Part shown: in pieces, positions 31,449-40,716 of the stretch
Numbering within the stretch: position 1 is the first letter of the stretch
How the letters are laid out: each line of letters begins with the position of its first letter
Source of the DNA: Bacillota bacterium
GTDB lineage: Bacteria > Bacillota > SHA-98 > Ch115
Reading direction: 5' to 3'
Assembly: GCA_013178415.1 (NCBI GenBank)
Contig: JABLXA010000001.1
Span: forward strand, 33,445-97,444
Length of the DNA: 64,000 bases
Translations under genes and position numbers: made by a program
The notes under the pieces: generated by a model
The model's input: the letters and a program-made list of their open reading frames with translations, nothing else
What the model was told of the DNA's origin: nothing
The model's database searches: none

Positions 31449-32096
31449 TTGCGAGCCAGGCGCTGGCTGGAGTGGGTATTTATAAAGGAAGGATTTGTAA
31501 ACCTATTCTGGAATTTCCACTACGCGGTCATCCTGGGCATTATCACCCTGGTTTTGTTCTTGGGAGTAGTAACTATTGGGCCGGCCCTGCTCGCCCTGTG
31601 CAGCAGCATGAGGCTGGCTGCCGAGGGTAAGGCCGTGAGGGTGGGGCATTATCTGAGAGAGGTTAAGCGTCTGTTCATCCCCGGGATTGTGTTTTCGGGG
31701 ATTCTGGGCTTTGCCGCTGGCAGCCTGTACTCTAATCTCTACGTGCTGGCCAACACTGCGTCAGCAGGTTACCACGGGGTTGCCTACTTGGCTATCGCCC
31801 TTGTCACCGTTCTGCTCTTCTTTTCGATATACTACCCCTTTGTGGCATTGCGAGAGCCGCGGATTCTGCAGATCATTGTGAAATCGGTATTTTATACTGC
31901 TGAACACTTCTGGGACACCATCATACACATTAGTTTGCTATACCTTTTGTGGCGGATTCTGGCCATTTCACCACTGGTAGCGGCCATAGTCTTTTTGCCG
32001 CTGGCTACTTATGCCTTGAATCGATTTATCGTAGCCAACAATCAGGTTATCGACGAACTGGACGAGAAATCTGCTCGAGAAACCGGCCATGGTTAA
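31449..32096 (+). CDS. YesL/DUF624-like integral membrane protein.
   Basis: 215 aa, multi-TM, adjacent to the sugar ABC permeases as yesL is in Bacillus. Confidence 0.45.
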   Translation: MRARRWLEWVFIKEGFVNLFWNFHYAVILGIITLVLFLGVVTIGPALLALCSSMRLAAEGKAVRVGHYLREVKRLFIPGIVFSGILGFAAGSLYSNLYVLANTASAGYHGVAYLAIALVTVLLFFSIYYPFVALREPRILQIIVKSVFYTAEHFWDTIIHISLLYLLWRILAISPLVAAIVFLPLATYALNRFIVANNQVIDELDEKSARETGHG

Positions 32097-32208
32097 CCCG
32101 AGCAGCTTTTCCGCCATCGGAGGCCCGGCTGGAGATGCCTACCGGCGGACTAAGACATGGCTGAGGCGACTTTACGAGCAGATTCGTAAGGGTGAGTCAT
32201 CAAACTGA

Positions 32209-35130
32209 ATGGGGGAGTTTAGAATGGAGATCATCAAGCGTGAGGGCGTGTGGTGCCTCTTTGACAAGACTGTACCCCTGATTCTAACTGATGAGAAACA
32301 GCTGGAGATCATCCTGAAAGACCCGGCTCAGCCCCTGTTTGCGGAGGAAGAGAGGGGGTACTCCGGCGAAAGGAGGGGGCTTTACGACCCTGAAACTTCC
32401 CTCATCGACATAGTGAAACGAGGCCAGGAGCAGGGGGCACAAAGGCTGGAAGTATCCTACGACTTTTTCTTCGGCGGAAAGAAGCGGACAAATTACCCCG
32501 ACAGCGGGATCACAGTCGCTGCTTTGAAGGTCATCCATGACCTTGCAGAAAAGCATGGCCTGGACTTTTCTGCCAGCATCATATCTCCACTGGATATAGG
32601 GGGAGGCTATGCCCAGAAGCATGAACCCACTGGTTTCACTTACCAGTACCAGGAAGGTTTGATAGACAAAGAAGGCAACTACTCTGTGGACATGGTGTAC
32701 CAGAAACAGTGGTGCAACAACAAGGGACCCATAGAGCTGAAACTCGATAAGGTGCTGGTATACGCTTTCCGTGAGGAAAGGCTGGGTAATACCAGCTTCT
32801 TTTACGTGAATCCCGACGAAATCGTGGATATCTCGTCTACAGCCCATTGCCAGGTGGACGAAGCGTCGGTGACCATCACCGGGGCCGGGTACGGATACGG
32901 AAAGATGAGGGTGTTTGGCCTTTGGGAAGATCCGGAGCGGATTCCGGGGTTTAACCGGTGCCTTGCCGTGGCGGTATACAAGACTCCCGAACTGGATTAT
33001 TTCAGCCCGCAGGCCTTGCCATATATGAAGAGCATAATCGACCTGCACAAAGATGCCGGCATCGACTACCAGGGGTTTTACTCCGATGAGATGCACATCC
33101 AGTTTGATTGGGACCTGAGCACTCATTTCGGCCACGAGGAGATCAACACCCGGTACCTTACTGGCAGCCTCATGGGCGAGTATGCAGACAGGTACGGCGA
33201 GCAATACCGTAACTTCGCCAGGTATCTCATCTATTTCTCATACCACCAGCACGATTTCCTAGGCGGTGAGGAGGGCGGTTTGCCGGCACAGCACGTGTTC
33301 GGCAAGGACGAGAAGAGCATTTACCAAACCTGGTTATTCCGCAAACGGTATTTCGAGCTGCTTCAAAGGCGTGTGGTAGATCTGTGCAATGCGGCGAAAG
33401 ATTACGCTGAGGGGCTGTTTGGTGGGCCGATTATGACCAGGGCGCACGCTACATGGCAGGAATCCCCGACCTGCGACCGGTTTTACGACCGTTCCATCTT
33501 TACAGAACATGAGGGCGGGCGTCCTTCCCGATACGAATACACCCCTTCTTATGTTTGGTCATCCTCCATCAGGGAGAATATCTCTGCCTGCTACGACTAT
33601 TTTCTCTGGAATGATTTCTTAACCGGCGCTGGAACCGACCACCCTGAAGGCGGCAATATTGATAGGAACTACTACGCCCAGGCCCTGGCCTGCAGCTTTG
33701 GAGTTTTGAACAAATTCCCCTATGCCTACTGCGGTAGCTGGGGAAGCCCGAAGGAGGTTTTGCGGCGCCTGCAAAACATAGGGATCAGTTACGGCACGAC
33801 GGACTGGCGGGTGGAACTGGGCCACAGTCTGGTGCAGGGCCTATCCCACAGGCTCACCGATGTATTGGCCCTTTATCCCCTGGAGTTGAATTACGTGGAA
33901 GAGCGGTTCGGCAGCTGGATGGTACAGTACGGTTACTGCAACTACATAACAGAAGGCAAGCTGTTAGAGAATGCGACAGTGACCGGGCGGGGGACTCTTC
34001 TGGTCAAGGGAAGAGAGTACCGAGCTCTCGTAGTCCTGTTTGAACCGTTTGTGCGGCGAGAAACTCTGGAGTTGATCAGAGACTTCCTCTCCAGGGGCGG
34101 CAAGGTGGTCTGGACATCGATCTATCCCCTGCTGGCAGAAGACGGGGAAGACATCCTGCCGGCGTGGAAAGAACTCTTCGGGATAAGAGATGTAGAGTCC
34201 GCTATCAGGGGGACAGCGATGCCCGGCGAAACCATCGCTTTCCGGGGATTACTGGCAGACGTCAGGCCCATGCAGGTTCTTACCGACATGTTGCCAGATC
34301 GGGTTTACCCCTGTGTGCCGGGTGAAAAGGCCACAGTCGTGGCGGTTGCCAGAGACAAGGTGTTGGGTGCGGCCCGTGAGCATGCCGGAGGTGGGCTGGC
34401 CCTTTATCTCGGGTTCAGACCGCGGGACGACCAGTCCTGTTCCACCGGTCAGGACATTGACACCTTGTTTTCAGTCCTCAAATCCGTGGGGGCTTACGAC
34501 CCGGATGGACTGGAGGTCAAGTCACGTCCGGCCGGCAGCCGTTACAATATGAACCGGTTTCCCAACGGCGCGGTTTCCATCGCCAACCACTACCGCACCT
34601 TTTACGAAAAATGGAGCGGTCGGTTTTTCCGGGATGAAAAGGAGGATGCTGCCGCTTTGGAGGGTCGCGAGTTGCCCCCGGTAGAGATCAACCTTCGGGA
34701 GATGCTGATACTCGGCCACACCATTACCTATACCGGTACGGACGTTTTGACCTACAACCTTGGCCCGGCCGGGAGGTTGCTGGGGTTTGCCGGTTCTAAT
34801 ACTAAAGGGATTACTGTGGATGGGAAGAAGTACGAGTTTGTACAGGAACCGGCGGACTTGGTGTGGACTGTCATACCCGAAGAACAGCTGGCTGCCGGTA
34901 TCAAGAGCCTGTTCCTCGCCCGAGTAGATAGGCCGACCAGATTAACGCTGCCCCTATCTGGGTTGCCCAATGCGTCCCGGGAGACAGCTCCGAGCCTGCA
35001 GGTAAGGGTGTGCGACGACTCCCTGTTTACCGCGGGTAGGGCAGTGCCGTACGAATGGGATGGAGAGAATCTGGCGGTGAACATATCCGAAGAAGAAGCG
35101 GGTAAGTGGATAGCGGTAATCTTGGTATGA
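32209..35130 (+). CDS. Large hypothetical cytoplasmic protein (973 aa), no recognisable family. A candidate novel carbohydrate-active enzyme.
   Basis: Long ORF co-directional with the ABC locus, no signal peptide, plausible amino-acid composition. Rich in conserved-looking Trp/Tyr/acidic blocks (FDWDLSTHFGHEEINTRY, YFLWNDFLTGAGTDHPEGG). Confidence 0.6.
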   Translation: MGEFRMEIIKREGVWCLFDKTVPLILTDEKQLEIILKDPAQPLFAEEERGYSGERRGLYDPETSLIDIVKRGQEQGAQRLEVSYDFFFGGKKRTNYPDSGITVAALKVIHDLAEKHGLDFSASIISPLDIGGGYAQKHEPTGFTYQYQEGLIDKEGNYSVDMVYQKQWCNNKGPIELKLDKVLVYAFREERLGNTSFFYVNPDEIVDISSTAHCQVDEASVTITGAGYGYGKMRVFGLWEDPERIPGFNRCLAVAVYKTPELDYFSPQALPYMKSIIDLHKDAGIDYQGFYSDEMHIQFDWDLSTHFGHEEINTRYLTGSLMGEYADRYGEQYRNFARYLIYFSYHQHDFLGGEEGGLPAQHVFGKDEKSIYQTWLFRKRYFELLQRRVVDLCNAAKDYAEGLFGGPIMTRAHATWQESPTCDRFYDRSIFTEHEGGRPSRYEYTPSYVWSSSIRENISACYDYFLWNDFLTGAGTDHPEGGNIDRNYYAQALACSFGVLNKFPYAYCGSWGSPKEVLRRLQNIGISYGTTDWRVELGHSLVQGLSHRLTDVLALYPLELNYVEERFGSWMVQYGYCNYITEGKLLENATVTGRGTLLVKGREYRALVVLFEPFVRRETLELIRDFLSRGGKVVWTSIYPLLAEDGEDILPAWKELFGIRDVESAIRGTAMPGETIAFRGLLADVRPMQVLTDMLPDRVYPCVPGEKATVVAVARDKVLGAAREHAGGGLALYLGFRPRDDQSCSTGQDIDTLFSVLKSVGAYDPDGLEVKSRPAGSRYNMNRFPNGAVSIANHYRTFYEKWSGRFFRDEKEDAAALEGRELPPVEINLREMLILGHTITYTGTDVLTYNLGPAGRLLGFAGSNTKGITVDGKKYEFVQEPADLVWTVIPEEQLAAGIKSLFLARVDRPTRLTLPLSGLPNASRETAPSLQVRVCDDSLFTAGRAVPYEWDGENLAVNISEEEAGKWIAVILV

Positions 35131-35348
35131 AAACAAAACATGCCTTTGAGTATTTTGGCTTACCGGACACTAGACGAAGCCGCGCCCTAAGACTTCACCA
35201 TTGGTCACCCGGGCTCCGAAGCCTTCACAACGCCGGCTGCTCCAGAAGCATTCAGAAGCCGTGTTTGTTGGCTCCACCGGTAGCGTGTCCTGTCCCCACA
35301 GGCATTTTTCAGTCCATCGGTGGGCCAGCTTGCTGAATTGGAGGTGTT

Positions 35349-36314
35349 ATGACGGCTATGAGTGGACGTGTAGATTCGATAACTGTCAGTAAGGATAAGA
35401 TCTGCTTTGCTGGTGGGTACGGCAAAAATGGCGAGGTGCGCGGGGCCTGGTTCAAGGTCTATGCTTTTGAGCCCTGCGCAGCCGTCCCGCACAATATAGA
35501 TCCTTTTCCCGCTCCCATTGCGACCATACCGGCTGAGTGTAGGAACGGCAGCTTTCAAGTCGCAGTAGACCGGTTCAGGGACAAAAAAGACGGGATATAT
35601 TGCAGGTACAAACTTGCAGTGAGCGACTCCGGGGATTCGGGCCTTAGCCTTCTGTCCGGGGTTTGCTATCCCACGGAATTGGACGGTATAGCGTTGTACA
35701 ACTACGCTTACCCTGCTGCCCGGACAATCAAGGGATTGCAGGTGAGGATGATTGATGATGCCATAGCGCTCCGAACCGCCTATTATGCAGCCAGGAAGAA
35801 GTATTCGGAAGCCAGGGTCTACATATCCCTGGACCATTTTTGGACCCTTTTCTACCAGGATAACCCGCTGCGATGTTATCCCGGGAAAAAGGTATTGGAC
35901 ATCTTGAACGGCCTGGCGCTTCAGGAGGGCAATTTCGACTGGTCGGTTGCCTATCACCCGTATCCTGAAGATCTCTCCCGCCCCGATTTCTGGAACGATA
36001 AAACGGCCGTTCATTCTTTTGATGCCGGCCGCATCACCTTTTGTCTGGCCTACCGGAAGGTTGAAAAGACGCCGGGTATTGAATCCTTCATTCTCCACGC
36101 CCACGTAGATAATCGGGATGAGTTCGGTTTGAACCTGGGGTTGTGGCGGAGAGATAAGGAAAGCGACGATCCCAGCGCCCCCGGCAGTCCCAAGCCCATT
36201 TATTACATTTTCAAAGATATCGACGGACCCAAAGGAGAGGAAGCCTGTAGATTCGCCAGAGAGGTTGTCGGTGAGGAGAAATGGGCCGAGATTCTCGGTG
36301 AGGATCAGGAATGA
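35349..36314 (+). CDS. Hypothetical protein (321 aa), unknown family. The strand choice is uncertain: a 388-aa antisense ORF overlaps it.
   Basis: Co-directional with the flanking genes. Its composition is more protein-like than the G/P/R-rich antisense translation. Confidence 0.45.
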   Translation: MTAMSGRVDSITVSKDKICFAGGYGKNGEVRGAWFKVYAFEPCAAVPHNIDPFPAPIATIPAECRNGSFQVAVDRFRDKKDGIYCRYKLAVSDSGDSGLSLLSGVCYPTELDGIALYNYAYPAARTIKGLQVRMIDDAIALRTAYYAARKKYSEARVYISLDHFWTLFYQDNPLRCYPGKKVLDILNGLALQEGNFDWSVAYHPYPEDLSRPDFWNDKTAVHSFDAGRITFCLAYRKVEKTPGIESFILHAHVDNRDEFGLNLGLWRRDKESDDPSAPGSPKPIYYIFKDIDGPKGEEACRFAREVVGEEKWAEILGEDQE

Positions 36315-36399
36315 GAATTGGTGGTTGATGTCAATCAAGCTTGGGTGCCATAAGTGGGCCTTTGCAAACATTTAATAGCCAAGGGAGGTTTGTTTAGCC

Positions 36400-38445
36400 A
36401 TGCCGCTGTACCGTGATGCTGTTTACGGTTGTGAAACGGTTACCCTGGAGAACCCGTTTCTGAGGCTGGATGTTCACAAGCGCAGCAGCGGGTGGGGATG
36501 GGGAGAGCTATTTGTGCCCGATGATGAGGGCAAGCTGACCAAATTCATGGCGGTTCTTGAGCATCTGGCTGAGGCGGAAATGGCCGGAGTACCCCATCCG
36601 CTCCGCCTCGAGGCGAGTAACTACAAACTGACTGAGGATGCGGGAAATAAGACTCTTTCATTTGAGGTGGAATTGCAGGAAGTGGCTCCACCCAGCGAGT
36701 ACCTTGCCGGCAAGTCTGCTTTGCGGGGGGGTGTCAAGCTCACGGTTCCCGCCAAAGAGCCAGTAATATACTATGAAATGTCCTTGAAGAGTGAGTGCCT
36801 TCTTCGTCTCCACTACATCCGGGGGCCCTGGCTCAGGGTTGGCGCCTGCAGCTTCGGCATAGACCGCCACGACGCTATATTTCCGGGTGTGGAGTGGGTA
36901 ATAGGTGATGAGTGGTCTAGCGGGACGGACTGGTTTGAAAACCCCGAGGCCCTGCGGGTTACCCCGCACCCTCACAAGGTCGCCATACCAATCATGGCCA
37001 TAAGCCAGGGCGGGACGGGTGTTGGCCTTTCCTGGAACCCGGAGCAAGCTGTCCTTTCCCCCTGGACACGCATTCGCGGTCCTCAGCCCGTTTTTGCCAC
37101 TCCGAACTTTGTAGATCGGAGGAGCCACCATCTCCTGGGATTGATGTTCCCCAGTGCCCGATGGGGTATGAAAGAAAATGACCTGAGGGCCGACCCTCCC
37201 ATCCTGGTAGGAAAGGGAGTAACCTTCTCTCTCAATGCGCAGATCTCTGTTGTCGAGGGGACGAGTCTAGACGTAGTTGTGGACTGGGTGCAGCGCAACG
37301 GCATGCCCGACCCCGGTAAACCCCGGTATGGATGGGAGGATGCCCTGAATCGGATAGCCCGGGCTTACAACACCAACCTGTGGATAGAGGGTAAGGGCTG
37401 GGGTTTCCGGGGCCAGGGGAATACCAGCGTACCTGACTTCGTTTTGTACTACATTGAGCACGGTTCTGACAGTGAAGTGAAGGCCGGTCTTCGAGACAAG
37501 GTTGACTGGTGTAAGAAGCACCAGATTGACCCGCATAAGGTGGAAGCGGGCCTGCACGGCCACCCGATACTTTCCCGGCCGCTGTGGTGGGTCATGAGTC
37601 GTCCCCAGGACTCTATCGAGGTCGGCAATCGTCTTCTGGAAATGCAGATTTCGGAAGGCGATTTCCCTTACGCCCCGAATGGAATACACGGGACCGTGCT
37701 CAAGGACTGGGCCGAAACCTGGCGTCCACTGGGGCAGGAAGGCGATTCGGCCGTAGACCTCTGCGCCACTGCGGCGGCAGCTCTAATTCTCGCCGGCAAG
37801 AATACGGGTGAAGGGAGATTCCTCGATGCAGCGAGGAAGACCCTGGACTTTGCCCTGGGGTTTGAACGGCCTGAAGGTGGGGACTGGTGGGAGACCCCGC
37901 TGAAGAGTCCCAATCTGCTGGCTGCTGGGCACGCGGCCATCGCCTATTATCTGGGCTATAAGGAGTTCGGTAAGGACGAATACCTGAAGAAAGCCATCCG
38001 CTGGATACGCAGCCTTATCCCGTTTACGCACCTTTGGGAACCGGCAGACATCCCTATGATGTACAACACGAAGCCGTGTTTCTGCAGTACGTGCTGGTTC
38101 CTTAGCGATTGGGTATCCAAACACGTGCAGTGGGAAGTCCTGCAGGTTTTCGCCATGTCCTCTAAGCTGGGCATTGATTGGGCGCAAATCGATCCCGATA
38201 TTGATTGGAACCAGTTCCAGAAGGGGGTCACGACTGCCGTGCTCCGCTGGATGATCGATCACGAAGATGCCGAGTGGATGTACCGCTCGGAGTTTCCCGC
38301 TGAACTGCTCAGCAACGGGACATGGGACACCCTTTTCTGCGATACCTTTGATCCGGTCAACAATACCTACGGCGGCGGGCCTATCATGCCTGAGGTCATT
38401 GCAGACAATATTCTCTTGATATTGCAGCGGGGAAAAGGGAAATAG
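36400..38445 (+). CDS. Large hypothetical cytoplasmic protein (681 aa). An N-terminal beta-rich region plus a C-terminal helical-repeat region (possibly an alpha/alpha toroid). A candidate novel glycoside hydrolase or lyase.
   Basis: No signal peptide. The C-terminal segment DLCATAAAALILAGKNTGEGRFLDAARKTLDFAL...LLAAGHAAIAYYLGY resembles six-hairpin glycosidase helices. No family could be assigned. Confidence 0.6.
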   Translation: MPLYRDAVYGCETVTLENPFLRLDVHKRSSGWGWGELFVPDDEGKLTKFMAVLEHLAEAEMAGVPHPLRLEASNYKLTEDAGNKTLSFEVELQEVAPPSEYLAGKSALRGGVKLTVPAKEPVIYYEMSLKSECLLRLHYIRGPWLRVGACSFGIDRHDAIFPGVEWVIGDEWSSGTDWFENPEALRVTPHPHKVAIPIMAISQGGTGVGLSWNPEQAVLSPWTRIRGPQPVFATPNFVDRRSHHLLGLMFPSARWGMKENDLRADPPILVGKGVTFSLNAQISVVEGTSLDVVVDWVQRNGMPDPGKPRYGWEDALNRIARAYNTNLWIEGKGWGFRGQGNTSVPDFVLYYIEHGSDSEVKAGLRDKVDWCKKHQIDPHKVEAGLHGHPILSRPLWWVMSRPQDSIEVGNRLLEMQISEGDFPYAPNGIHGTVLKDWAETWRPLGQEGDSAVDLCATAAAALILAGKNTGEGRFLDAARKTLDFALGFERPEGGDWWETPLKSPNLLAAGHAAIAYYLGYKEFGKDEYLKKAIRWIRSLIPFTHLWEPADIPMMYNTKPCFCSTCWFLSDWVSKHVQWEVLQVFAMSSKLGIDWAQIDPDIDWNQFQKGVTTAVLRWMIDHEDAEWMYRSEFPAELLSNGTWDTLFCDTFDPVNNTYGGGPIMPEVIADNILLILQRGKGK

Positions 38446-38751
38446 TGGAGTATAGCATAACTCCATACTGTTTGATTGCTGACAGTCACACGTGGAGATA
38501 GCTTTCGCTGGAGCAGGAGTTGGCACTCGCATGTCGTGGGTCCCACTCCGTGCTTTGGATTGCCACTGGGAGTTGTTCCATGGGAGTTGTTTAAGTGGTT
38601 TCCAATCTGGCGAGATTGCTCGGAAACCCTTGCAGTCACCATATATTGTGGCCATACTTAGACGCTGCCCCAATATAGCCCTTTCGAGAGAGTTTCCGAG
38701 CATATTCCTAGATAGTATACGTTCAATGAAAGCATATACAAATTTTCCCTT

Positions 38752-40716
38752 TCAGACCGCCTGGTCATCAGCATAGGCCCCGACAAATTGGCTATTGTAA
38801 AGATCGGCGTAAAAACCTCCCTTGGCGAGCAATTGCCTGTGAGTGCCGGTCTCGATGATTCTGCCTTCATTCATCACCAGAATCAACTCCGCGTTGCGGA
38901 TCGTGGAGAGCCGGTGGGCGATGACAAAGCTCGTGCGCCCCTTCATCAATTCTGCCATTGCCCGTTGAACCTGAATCTCGGTCCTCGTGTCAACGCTGCT
39001 GGTCGCCTCATCCAGAATGAGGATGGCTGGATCTGCCAGGAATGCCCGCGCGATGGTCAGCAACTGTTTCTCACCCTGAGATATGTTGGAAGCCTCTTCA
39101 TTTAAAACTGTGTCGTAACCATCTGGAAGTGTCCTGATGAAATGGTCTGCCTGAGCAGCCTTGGCTGCCCGGACGATCTCTTCGTCAGTAGCACCCTCGC
39201 GACCATAGGCGATATTGTCCCGGATAGTGCCGTTGAAAAGCCAGGTATCCTGCAACACCATGCCAAAAAGCTTTCTCAGCTCGCTGCGCTTCAAGTCCCT
39301 GATGTCAATACCGTCGATGGTGATGCTGCCGCCGTCTATCTCATAGAAACGCATCAGCAGGTTGACGAGGGTGGTCTTGCCCGCACCGGTCGGGCCCACG
39401 ATGGCGATGGTCTGCCCTGGCTTAACCTCTATATTGAGGTTTTCGATCAAGGAGACGTCTTTTTTATAGCTGAACCTGACATTTTGGAATTTGACCTCGC
39501 CCCGCGGAGACACGATGGTCGCCGCCGCGGTGTCGGGACTTTCTTCCGACTCATCCAGCAGCTCAAAGACACGCTCAGCAGAGGCTACCGTCGACTGGAG
39601 AATGTTCACGATGTTGGCAGTTTGCGCAATGGGCATGGTGAACATCCTTTGATACTGGATGAATGCCGTGATGTCGCCGAGTTCGATCCTCCGTTTTGTG
39701 ACCATGATCCCGCCGACTACGCAGATCAGGACATAGCCAATGTTGTTTATGAAATTCATCAGCGGGAAGATGATGCCTGAGACGAATTGCGCCCGCCAGG
39801 CCGCATTGTAAAGCCGTTCATTGATCTGGTTGAATCGATCGATGGCCTCACCCTCGTGACCAAATGCCTTGACGATCTTGTGGCCGGTATACATCTCCTC
39901 CACGTGGCCGTTAAGTAGGCCAAGTTCCTTCTGCTGCTCCGCGAAATTCTTCTGTGAGAATTTGGCGATCATGGCCGTCACGAAGAATGAAAGCGGCAGT
40001 GTCAATAGGCAGATCAGCGTCAGTAGCCAGCTGATGGTGGACATCATGATGATGGCGCCGATGATGCCGACAAATGAAGTAATGAGCTGTCCCAAGCTCT
40101 GCTGCAATGTCATGCTGATGTTGTCGATGTCATTGGTCATCCGGCTCATTATCTCGCCGTGCGTGCGCCCGTCAAAGAATTTCAGCGGCAGCCGGGAGAG
40201 CTTGTCATTCATATCCCGGCGCATGGCGAAAACGGTCTTCTGAGCCACGCCCGCCATGGTATATTGCATCACATAGCTGAAAAGCGAGCTTGCGACATAA
40301 AGACCGATGAGCCATAGAACGATATGCCCAATATATTGAAAATCCACATTGGCGGGCAAGCCCATGAATCTCATCCCGAATGTCCGCCCCAGGCTTGTGA
40401 TGGCCCTCCCCATGACCTTCGGGCTGATGATGCTGAGCATTGTGCTGGCGATGGCAGCCAGAAACACGACCGCCAGACGCGGCCACATAGGCTTCAAATA
40501 GATGGCCAATCTCTTCAACGTGCCCTTAAAGTCTTTGGCCTTTTCCACCGGCCGGCCAAACCCATGGCCGCCGCCGAAACCTCCCCTGCCGGGCCTGAAG
40601 CCGCCAGGCACCATACCGCCAGGCCTTACCGGCCCTGCTGGCCGTTGTTGCTCCGTGGGATTCCCGCCCATGCGATTTCCACTCATGCGGTCTCTACTCG
40701 TGTGATCTGCGCTCAT
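38752..40716 (-). CDS. ABC exporter half-transporter (TMD-NBD), subunit B of a heterodimer, with a Gly/Pro/Arg-rich ~55-aa N-terminal extension.
   Basis: Six TM helices; Walker A GPTGAGKTT; signature LSGGQRQ-like ISQGEKQLL; Walker B ILILDEATS. ATGA overlap with the upstream gene. Confidence 0.85.
   Translation of the reverse strand: MSADHTSRDRMSGNRMGGNPTEQQRPAGPVRPGGMVPGGFRPGRGGFGGGHGFGRPVEKAKDFKGTLKRLAIYLKPMWPRLAVVFLAAIASTMLSIISPKVMGRAITSLGRTFGMRFMGLPANVDFQYIGHIVLWLIGLYVASSLFSYVMQYTMAGVAQKTVFAMRRDMNDKLSRLPLKFFDGRTHGEIMSRMTNDIDNISMTLQQSLGQLITSFVGIIGAIIMMSTISWLLTLICLLTLPLSFFVTAMIAKFSQKNFAEQQKELGLLNGHVEEMYTGHKIVKAFGHEGEAIDRFNQINERLYNAAWRAQFVSGIIFPLMNFINNIGYVLICVVGGIMVTKRRIELGDITAFIQYQRMFTMPIAQTANIVNILQSTVASAERVFELLDESEESPDTAAATIVSPRGEVKFQNVRFSYKKDVSLIENLNIEVKPGQTIAIVGPTGAGKTTLVNLLMRFYEIDGGSITIDGIDIRDLKRSELRKLFGMVLQDTWLFNGTIRDNIAYGREGATDEEIVRAAKAAQADHFIRTLPDGYDTVLNEEASNISQGEKQLLTIARAFLADPAILILDEATSSVDTRTEIQVQRAMAELMKGRTSFVIAHRLSTIRNAELILVMNEGRIIETGTHRQLLAKGGFYADLYNSQFVGAYADDQAV

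Noticed and set aside
32284-33204. 306-aa minus-strand ORF antisense to the 973-aa protein (similar long antisense ORFs occur at 37783-38703, 27451-28146 and 22636-23184)
   Set aside because: These are antisense shadow ORFs within long, well-supported coding regions. None has start-site or RBS support.
35205-36371. 388-aa minus-strand ORF completely overlapping the 321-aa plus-strand ORF
   Set aside because: Its translation is G/P/R/S-rich and low-complexity, and it runs against the direction of the surrounding operon. It is most likely an antisense shadow ORF of a GC-rich coding region. The strand assignment remains uncertain and would need homology or ribosome-profiling support.
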